This document shows positions 50,356 to 57,235 of a DNA stretch of 57,964 nucleotides, in pieces; positions within the stretch are counted from its first letter, which is position 1, and each line of letters opens with the position of its first letter. The notes under the pieces were generated by a model that had not been told where the DNA came from, ran no database searches, and worked only from the letters and a program-made list of their open reading frames with translations. This DNA is from an uncultured Alphaproteobacteria bacterium. GTDB taxonomy: Bacteria; Pseudomonadota; Alphaproteobacteria; Rs-D84; CASDRH01. The stretch spans positions 1-57,964 of the forward strand of contig CAUTVF010000001.1 of assembly GCA_963541805.1 (NCBI GenBank), in the 5' to 3' direction. Position numbers and translations under genes: made by a program.

Positions 50356-51138
50356 ATGAAAATTAAAATATTATATATATTTTTTTTGTGTTTTACTTTT
50401 AGCGTGTGGTATTTTTTATTACCAAATAGAATACAAGAAAACAAATTAATTGATATTGCTTACAGTTTTATAAATTATCCATACCAAGCAAATTCAATTA
50501 AATGTAAATCAAATGAATACGTACCAACATATAAAGAAATTAAAAATTTTGATTGTGTCACATTTGTTGAAACTGTATTAGCACAATATGAAACACAACA
50601 AAATTTATTTAATCAAGATTTTCAAAAAAGCCTACAAAAAATACGTTATAAAAATGCAATTAACAGTTGTGAAAATCGCAATCATTTTTTTGTATTAGAT
50701 TTGATCAAAAATAATCCTGTATATAATATAACCAACATATCTCAAAAAATAAGTTGTAACCACAAAATAACATCTAAAAAAGTAACAATTAATAAATCGG
50801 AATGGTTCAAAGAAAATCATAACATAAATATTAAGAAGAATATAGAATATCTTACAATTGACTATATTAAATCTGGTGATTTTACGACTATAAATTTTAA
50901 TAATTTAAAAAATCTATTACCGACGATATCATTAATGGCAATAATTGGACAAGACAAAAATATCGACGTAAATCATGTAGGATTTTTAATAAAAAAACAA
51001 AATAAAATTGTATTTTTACACGCAAGCTATGTACAAAAAAAAGTAATAGAAGAAAATATATTTAATTATTTATCAAAAATCAAAAAAAATAAAACACTAC
51101 TTGGAATTGCAGTGTTTCAAATATCTCACAAAAATTAA
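50356..51138 (+). CDS. DUF1460-like putative cell-wall amidase/peptidase
   Basis: Signal/TM segment, FDCVTFVETVLA cysteine motif and a later VNHVGFLIKK histidine motif, as recalled for DUF1460. Confidence 0.4.
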   Translation: MKIKILYIFFLCFTFSVWYFLLPNRIQENKLIDIAYSFINYPYQANSIKCKSNEYVPTYKEIKNFDCVTFVETVLAQYETQQNLFNQDFQKSLQKIRYKNAINSCENRNHFFVLDLIKNNPVYNITNISQKISCNHKITSKKVTINKSEWFKENHNINIKKNIEYLTIDYIKSGDFTTINFNNLKNLLPTISLMAIIGQDKNIDVNHVGFLIKKQNKIVFLHASYVQKKVIEENIFNYLSKIKKNKTLLGIAVFQISHKN

Positions 51139-51186
51139 TTTGCATTACCAACTCTTATACTATAGCATGCAAATAGTTTTCATTAA

Positions 51187-52404
51187 ATGGATTATAGAAT
51201 GAAATTAGCAAGAAAATATTTACTTCAATTACTCATAGGTTCTGTACTTTTTTGTTTTGAAACCAAAGCTGAAATAAAAAAGTATCGCGTCGAATTATCT
51301 GATGGAGAAGCATATCAAAAAGAAGTACGTTTTATAGAACGCGTCAATTATGGATCTCCCATTCAAAATGAATACGTTGGAAATTTATTTAACAATAATC
51401 AGATTATTTATCGTGCCGTAAACGATGATCCAAGTGTTACATTTATGCCATACAGATTTAGACCAGGAGATGAAATTTTATTTAATACAGACGAAATTAA
51501 CACATATAGAATAGCTGAAGATAAAACAAAAAAAACATATCAAAAATATGATGATTATTTTGACAATTCTCCAATTAAATTCGAAAGCAAGCAAGTTGTA
51601 CCGTGTATAGTTTATCCAAGATCAAATAGATCAAAAAAATATGGGTGGTGTTTTTATCCAACAGATGAAGTTTTAAAACCAATTAAATATAAACAAGCAA
51701 ATATTGACGATTTGATGGATTATGATAAAGGAAATAAGTTAACATTGTTATATGTTATTTTACCAAAAAATAGACTGACAACTGGATATATAAAAATCAA
51801 ACATAAAGGAGAGTGGATTAAAAATTCAAATGGTGATGATTGGAAATTACCAGTAATGGGATTGTCTCGTGTTAATTTAAAAAAGGGTAAAAATGACAGA
51901 ATTGATCCAGATTCAAATACCCCCCAAGGAATTTATAGATTGGAGGGGGTTATGAAAAATGAAGAAAATTTGGAATTAGGTGATAAACCATACTTGGATA
52001 TAGATTCTGGATGGTTACCTGTTGGAGCGGCACCTTATAACTTTGATTACTACATTATGTCTGAAATTATCAATGAAAAATATTGGAATGACTATTGGAT
52101 AAATGAGTATGCCTTAGGTTATGCTGTAACTGGGCGAAATTTGTTGCGTATTCATGGAAATTCTGCTGATCCAAATAACCCTCCAACATATGAAGACAAA
52201 AATACCAAAGTATTATATCGTCCGACCAAAGGATGTTTAAATGCTGCCGGAGAAATGCAAAAGTTATTGAATGTATTAATTGATATTGATGTGATCTCTT
52301 TAAACTACGATAATTCTGTAACTTTTGCATCTGGTAAAAAAAAGTATTGGAATAAAAGTAAATCAATTGGAAATACTTTTGTAATCGTTAAAGATGATGA
52401 TTAG
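51187..52404 (+). CDS. Secreted protein with an L,D-transpeptidase (YkuD)-like C-terminal domain
   Basis: Signal peptide. TPQGIYRLEGV ... LRIHGNS ... TKGCLNA resembles the YkuD TPxGxF / HG / SxGC(I/V)R catalytic signature, with a longer His-Cys spacing. Confidence 0.42.
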   Translation: MDYRMKLARKYLLQLLIGSVLFCFETKAEIKKYRVELSDGEAYQKEVRFIERVNYGSPIQNEYVGNLFNNNQIIYRAVNDDPSVTFMPYRFRPGDEILFNTDEINTYRIAEDKTKKTYQKYDDYFDNSPIKFESKQVVPCIVYPRSNRSKKYGWCFYPTDEVLKPIKYKQANIDDLMDYDKGNKLTLLYVILPKNRLTTGYIKIKHKGEWIKNSNGDDWKLPVMGLSRVNLKKGKNDRIDPDSNTPQGIYRLEGVMKNEENLELGDKPYLDIDSGWLPVGAAPYNFDYYIMSEIINEKYWNDYWINEYALGYAVTGRNLLRIHGNSADPNNPPTYEDKNTKVLYRPTKGCLNAAGEMQKLLNVLIDIDVISLNYDNSVTFASGKKKYWNKSKSIGNTFVIVKDDD

Positions 52405-52444
52405 CTACAACTATTTAAACAGTAATAAGTTATAATAAGTCTAT

Positions 52445-53383
52445 ATGAAATATAAAAGAGTTTTCAGAAGAAATATTTACTGTTCAGCAGTTTTAAAAAA
52501 GTTAATTATATTTTTTGATAACTTAATTAAGAAAAACTATCCTTTTTTTCTTTCAATTTTTGTATTTGTTTTATTGTTTGTTTTTGCCTTAATATTCAAT
52601 AAATATAAAAGTAATAAAGAAATTAATAATTTTAATAAACTACAAACTATATTTAATCAAAAAAATTATAATTTATACTCAATACGCAATAATAAATCAA
52701 AAGTTCCTCGATTATTTATAAAATATTTTCCGAAAGATTTTGATGCTATACAAAATAAATACATTAGAAAAAATATTTTTATTCAGATTGTACTGCCACT
52801 GATTTTGAAAGTTAATGAAGAAATTATAAATGAAAGAAATATAGTAATTAAAATTAAGCATAAAAAACAAAAAAACATTACATTGCAAACGGCAGAATTA
52901 GAATTTTTAAAAAAAATTTCACAAAAATATAAAGTAAGTAATGATTTAAATGAATTGATGAATAGAGTCGATATAATTCCTGTTTCTTTAGCCCTTGCAC
53001 AAGCAATACAAGAAACTGGATGGGGAAAATCATACTTTTTAATAAATGGAAACGCACTATTCGCAGAGTGGACATGGAAATATGATGGGATGATACCACG
53101 AGAAAGAGACTCTAAACTCCACCACAGAATAAAAACATTCCCTACTCTAATAGAATCTGTCAGAAGTTATGCAAATATTTTAAATTCCAGCAAATATTAC
53201 AAACACTTCAGAACTACCAGAAAATCATTATATAGACAAGGAATCTCATATAATGGAATAAATTTAGGTGATACTATGAAACATTACTCTACCACCCAAG
53301 ATTATTTATTCTTCGTCAAAAAAATTATCATAGAAAACTCGCTAACTGACTTTGATAAATCTGAGTTACAAAAGCCACTATGA
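52445..53383 (+). CDS. Bax-like glucosaminidase-domain protein
   Basis: N-terminal TM helix. LALAQAIQETGWGKSYF...NALFAEW is the mannosyl-glycoprotein endo-beta-N-acetylglucosaminidase (FlgJ/Bax) motif. Confidence 0.62.
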   Translation: MKYKRVFRRNIYCSAVLKKLIIFFDNLIKKNYPFFLSIFVFVLLFVFALIFNKYKSNKEINNFNKLQTIFNQKNYNLYSIRNNKSKVPRLFIKYFPKDFDAIQNKYIRKNIFIQIVLPLILKVNEEIINERNIVIKIKHKKQKNITLQTAELEFLKKISQKYKVSNDLNELMNRVDIIPVSLALAQAIQETGWGKSYFLINGNALFAEWTWKYDGMIPRERDSKLHHRIKTFPTLIESVRSYANILNSSKYYKHFRTTRKSLYRQGISYNGINLGDTMKHYSTTQDYLFFVKKIIIENSLTDFDKSELQKPL

Positions 53384-53451
53384 ACATTTAATGTAACTTG
53401 AAAATTATTAAAATTTTGCTACCATGGCGATAACTAATTGAAAAGAAAAAT

Positions 53452-54279
53452 ATGTGTGAATCTTTACCAAAAGTAATTGTTGTTGGAAATGAAAAAGGAG
53501 GATCTGGAAAATCAACTCTTTCTTTTCATTTTGCAGTTGCCTATATGTACTCTGGATATAAAGTTGCAACAATTGATCTTGATGGGCGCCAAGGCACCTT
53601 AACACATTACATTGAAAATCGTATTAATTTTTGTAAAAGTAAAAATATGGTCTTACCAATACCAGAACATCTGGTGATTACTCCCCAATTATTTTCTGAT
53701 GAAATTGCAGCAAAAGAAGATATGGAAGATTTAGATTATGAAATAGATTCACTTAAAAATAATTTTGACATAATAATAATTGATACACCTGGAACATATA
53801 ATCATTTATCAAATACAGGGCACAAAAATGCAGATATTTTAATTACTCCTGTTAATGATAGCTTGCTTGATTTGGATGTTATTGCAAAAATTGATGTAGA
53901 AAAAAATATTTTGGAGAAAAGTCATTATACTAAAAATGTTGAAAAACTAAATAGCAGAATAAATAATCCAGAAATTGGTCAAGAAATAAAGCAAAATTTT
54001 AAATGGATCGTTCTTAGAAATCGGGTTGCACATATTGAAGCCAATAATAAAAAAGAAGTAGATAAAATGTTAAAATATTTTTCAGAAGAAATAGGTTTTA
54101 AATATTTATCAGGTATCGGTGAAAGAGTAATATATAGAGAATTATTTTTAAAAGGACTTACAATATCAGATATAGTCAACGAACCATTATTACAAAATAA
54201 ATTGACTATATCGCACATTGCTGCAAAAAATGAATTAACTACAGTTATGAACACAATAGGAATACCAATTAAAAAATGA
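53452..54279 (+). CDS. mipZ: Division-plane positioning ATPase MipZ (ParA-like)
   Basis: KVIVVGNEKGGSGKSTLSFHFAVAYMYSGYKVATIDLDGRQGTLTHYIENR closely parallels the Caulobacter MipZ N-terminus as recalled. Length of about 275 aa fits. Confidence 0.82.
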   Translation: MCESLPKVIVVGNEKGGSGKSTLSFHFAVAYMYSGYKVATIDLDGRQGTLTHYIENRINFCKSKNMVLPIPEHLVITPQLFSDEIAAKEDMEDLDYEIDSLKNNFDIIIIDTPGTYNHLSNTGHKNADILITPVNDSLLDLDVIAKIDVEKNILEKSHYTKNVEKLNSRINNPEIGQEIKQNFKWIVLRNRVAHIEANNKKEVDKMLKYFSEEIGFKYLSGIGERVIYRELFLKGLTISDIVNEPLLQNKLTISHIAAKNELTTVMNTIGIPIKK

Positions 54280-54290
54280 ACAGAATCTAA

Positions 54291-54608
54291 AAATTAATAA
54301 AAGAAGTTTATATAATTACTAAAGGCATACAGATTAACAAAACAGAAATGATTAAAGATGGTAGTTTTCCAGTTATAAATAGGGTATTTCAGCATCTGAA
54401 TTACTATAACAATCTCCCAAGGTAAACACTGGTTATGTTAAATAAAGTACTGAATGAATTTAGCAATCAAACAAATGGATTAGAATTAATATCACTATTA
54501 CAACAAGAATTAGTATTAAGAACAAAGAAATACGAATACTACAGAGATCCTCTTCTAAACTCTATCTACTACCCATTTACCTTAATGGTATACATATATC
54601 TAAAATAA
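54291..54608 (+). pseudogene. hsdS: Collapsed remnant of a type I restriction-modification specificity subunit (hsdS)
   Basis: Fragment 1 (54291-54425) reads KEVYIITKGIQINKTEMIKDGSFPVIN then frameshifts (GISAS in the +2 frame, YYNN in frame 0). Fragment 2 (54435-54608) reads LNKVLNEFSN...LQQELVLRTKKYEYYRDPLLN, matching the conserved HsdS C-terminal helix. No hsdM or hsdR nearby. Confidence 0.5.
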
Positions 54609-54629
54609 ATATCTTAATAAATATAAAGT

Positions 54630-55184
54630 TTATAGAATCAATTGTAAGTTATCCTTTGTACCTTTTGATGCACGAATATTCACAGCAATTACTAAAACCA
54701 TATCTGTTATATTTTTATACTCTAATAAATGCGTAGTATTAACTGTGATTTTTGTTACAAGTCTATCATCATCAAACAACGTATAAATAGGCTTGTTGCC
54801 AAATTTCTTTACTAAATTATCTGTTATTTCTTGAGATACTTGAGGACGACGCAATCCATCAAGCAAAGTTTTTAATCGATTATCAATATCTGCTCTGGCA
54901 GTTCCTAATACTTCAGGATGCATTATTAAAATATCAAGTTCAGCAACCAAATCTAACTCTGGAGAAATTATTGGAATAAATATAAGGCCCCCGACCTTTT
55001 TAACAATATTCTTTTTATTTTTGTACCCATTCAAATAAATATAGTCATTTATTGCAGAATATGGTGGAATTTCTAACAATCGCTTTAACTGTGCAGAAAA
55101 ATATGCACGAATATCGTTTATATGTCTTGCCCTTTGTTTAGGATATGTTTTTATCTCCCCTTGATATAATAATCTAAATTTCAT
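54630..55184 (-). CDS. Hypothetical protein with a RusA-like (Holliday-junction resolvase fold) motif pattern
   Basis: RADIDNRLKTLLDGL and LFDDDRLVTKITV parallel RusA RRRDLDNLQKAAFDAL and WLDDAQVVDYRV. The match is motif-level only. Confidence 0.35.
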   Translation of the reverse strand: MKFRLLYQGEIKTYPKQRARHINDIRAYFSAQLKRLLEIPPYSAINDYIYLNGYKNKKNIVKKVGGLIFIPIISPELDLVAELDILIMHPEVLGTARADIDNRLKTLLDGLRRPQVSQEITDNLVKKFGNKPIYTLFDDDRLVTKITVNTTHLLEYKNITDMVLVIAVNIRASKGTKDNLQLIL

Positions 55185-55235
55185 AGTTCCCTCTACTCTA
55201 TTTTGCCTTATTTTTCCTATATTTTCAAATACAAT

Positions 55236-55263
55236 TTGACAAGCGCTTTTTATTAATTAAACT
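55236..55263 (+). promoter_or_regulatory. Candidate tRNA-Thr promoter
   Basis: TTGACA (55236-55241), 16 nt, then TAAACT (55258-55263). Confidence 0.4.
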
Positions 55264-55298
55264 CCCTACATCATCTGGAATGGAAAAACATAAGCATT

Positions 55299-55373
55299 GC
55301 CGGTGTGGCTTAGTGGTAAAGCACTCCCTTGGTAAGGGAGAGATCGCGGGTCCGATTCCCTCCACCGGCACCA
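55299..55373 (+). tRNA. tRNA-Thr (anticodon GGU)
   Basis: Acceptor GCCGGTG/CACCGGC, anticodon arm CTCCC-TTGGTAA-GGGAG and an encoded CCA. The T arm is atypical (GCGGG/CCCTC with a C-U mismatch; loop TCCGATT). Confidence 0.85.
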
Positions 55374-55447
55374 TTTTGGTTACCCAATATAAATGAATCT
55401 CATAAATTGTTGTCCAAGTAAGATTTATACAATTTCTAACAAATAAA

Positions 55448-55477
55448 TTGACAAAATATATTTTTGTTTATTATCAT
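55448..55477 (+). promoter_or_regulatory. Cassette promoter P5 (73-aa ORF)
   Basis: TTGACAAAATATATTTTTGTTTATTATCAT, then AGGGAG SD. The ATG is 61 nt from the -35. Confidence 0.55.
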
Positions 55478-55508
55478 AAGTTAGAACAATATTTTTAGGG
55501 AGAAATAT

Positions 55509-55730
55509 ATGGTTGATACAATCCAATATCTACAAGATACTATTGAGAGAGATTATATCGAAAACAAAGCCCTGCTAAGTGTCCTGAAGAGTAATAATGG
55601 ATATGATGCAGCAAATTGGTTCGCCGGGGAACTTCACGATGCCAAAAAAAAGCGTATTATAATAGCTAATTTTTTGGATGTACTCGATGAATACAAAAAA
55701 AAGTGTAGTCAAAAAACATTCACAATTTAA
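55509..55730 (+). CDS. Small hypothetical protein, 73 aa, predicted helical
   Basis: ORF with the cassette promoter, an SD and its own terminator. No family recognised. Confidence 0.55.
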   Translation: MVDTIQYLQDTIERDYIENKALLSVLKSNNGYDAANWFAGELHDAKKKRIIIANFLDVLDEYKKKCSQKTFTI

Positions 55731-55737
55731 ATAAAAC

Positions 55738-55765
55738 GGTTTACCTCAATGAGGTAGACCTTTTT
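55738..55765 (+). terminator. Rho-independent terminator of the 73-aa ORF
   Basis: GGTTTACCTC-aat-GAGGTAGACC followed by TTTTT. It shares the TACCTC/GAGGTA core with the paralog A and B terminators. Confidence 0.7.
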
Positions 55766-55787
55766 ATTACAATTTAAAAATTAATTA

Positions 55788-55815
55788 TTGACAAATATTT
55801 TTTTTAGTTTAAAAT
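55788..55815 (+). promoter_or_regulatory. Cassette promoter P6 (87-aa ORF)
   Basis: TTGACA, 16 nt, TAAAAT, then AGGAGG SD. The ATG is 64 nt from the -35. Confidence 0.5.
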
Positions 55816-55851
55816 TAGCAACAATAAAATTACAATTTAGGAGGTATTTGT

Positions 55852-56115
55852 ATGTGGTTTGGTGAGAGTGAGCTTGATAAGTGCAGAAGATTTTATAATG
55901 GTCCTTGGGGATTGGTATGTGATGATCTGTGGAAAAGGCATATGCAGATACAAGATGAACTAAATCGGTTAGATCCACCTTGTGTACCTTGTACAAAAAG
56001 ATCGACACATTACGACCCGGAGACAAAGATTAAGAGATGTCGTGAACTGCGTAAAGAAGACAAAGAAGTGCTCTCTCTACGGCAAGAAATAATAGAAAGA
56101 GAAAAATTGATATGA
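55852..56115 (+). CDS. Small Cys-containing hypothetical protein, 87 aa (CxxC plus a charged coiled C-terminus)
   Basis: MWFGESELDKCRRFYNGPWGLVCDDLW...PPCVPCTK...RCRELRKEDKEVLSLRQEIIEREKLI. It has a strong SD and terminator, and is visibly less AT-rich than its flanks. Confidence 0.55.
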   Translation: MWFGESELDKCRRFYNGPWGLVCDDLWKRHMQIQDELNRLDPPCVPCTKRSTHYDPETKIKRCRELRKEDKEVLSLRQEIIEREKLI

Positions 56116-56142
56116 TATATCAATCTTTCATTGCCCTATTTT

Positions 56143-56168
56143 CCCCAGTAATTACTGGGGGATTTTTT
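56143..56168. terminator. Hairpin terminator between the 87-aa ORF and the convergent glycosyltransferase-like gene
   Basis: CCCCAGT-aatt-ACTGGGG followed by gaTTTTTT. Confidence 0.65.
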
Positions 56169-56173
56169 ATTTC

Positions 56174-57229
56174 TTATTTCCAATAATCAGCAATCCATTT
56201 TGTTGGGCGAACATGCTTATATATTCTTTTTATAAATGGTACACTTTGTCCGACTGGAGCCCATCTACCAACCAACGCATCACTTGGATTAGGGTAACCA
56301 CTGAAATAAATAATTTTTGCTCCATTTGGAAACTTTGGTTTCTTTATCCAACGCAAAAATACATTTGGTAAACAATGTTTTTTAAAACTCCTAACCCAGC
56401 TATCAGGCCAAAAACGTAATACCCCATATTTTTTCATAATCATATCTGATAAAAATTCTTGAGATGATGTTTTATATTTTTTATGAACTAAGTTCATATT
56501 ATTTTCATAATACTCTTTAATATATCCCAATGTGCCAACACGAAACGAATAACAAGAAGCTTGCCCAAATCTTGTATTATTTTGACCTTTACTAAAATCC
56601 TTTGTGATAATAAATTCATCAGGATAATTATTACATGAAAATAAATCATCTATATTATCTGTAATAATTACATCCAAATCCAAAACTAGAACCCTTTTAT
56701 CACGCAACTCATAACCACCTAAATCATCAGAGCAAAATCCAACATCCTTATTATAAGTTGAAAATCCAGATAAAACATCACCATCAGAATCCTTGAATAC
56801 AGGAATATCTTTTATAATTACTCTTTCATCAATTCCAGAACTATCATCAGTAAAACAATAAAAACGAAATGGAATATTTATATTGGTAAGCACCATATTA
56901 AATAATCTATTAACATATTCTGGTCCATACGAATTACTATACTTAATACAAATAATATTTACAGGTTCTCTTTTTTTATTAATAGAATTAGCATCAATAA
57001 TTTTTGCTTTCGTATTTACTATAAACTTGGCAACTTGTTTTCCCGCTTCTATTATTACATCTGCTTTATCAATTAAAACTGATTTTGTATCGGTTAAAAT
57101 CTTTTTACCTGTCCCAATTGTTTCTGAAACCAACTTCTTACTGTTATTTATTAATGTTTCAGTAATAGATTCTTTGCGATTTTTTTTAATCGGTTTATTA
57201 CCTGTTTTTTTCATACTAGACCTGTTCAT
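56174..57229 (-). CDS. Putative nucleotide-diphospho-sugar transferase (DxD) with a Lys-rich N-terminal extension
   Basis: IICIKYSNSYGPEYVNRLFNMV...FRFYCFTDD and VLVLDLDVIITDNIDDLF (DxD-like). The N-terminal ~90 aa are basic and low-complexity. It lies directly downstream of bamD. Confidence 0.4.
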   Translation of the reverse strand: MNRSSMKKTGNKPIKKNRKESITETLINNSKKLVSETIGTGKKILTDTKSVLIDKADVIIEAGKQVAKFIVNTKAKIIDANSINKKREPVNIICIKYSNSYGPEYVNRLFNMVLTNINIPFRFYCFTDDSSGIDERVIIKDIPVFKDSDGDVLSGFSTYNKDVGFCSDDLGGYELRDKRVLVLDLDVIITDNIDDLFSCNNYPDEFIITKDFSKGQNNTRFGQASCYSFRVGTLGYIKEYYENNMNLVHKKYKTSSQEFLSDMIMKKYGVLRFWPDSWVRSFKKHCLPNVFLRWIKKPKFPNGAKIIYFSGYPNPSDALVGRWAPVGQSVPFIKRIYKHVRPTKWIADYWK

Positions 57230-57235
57230 ATTAAT

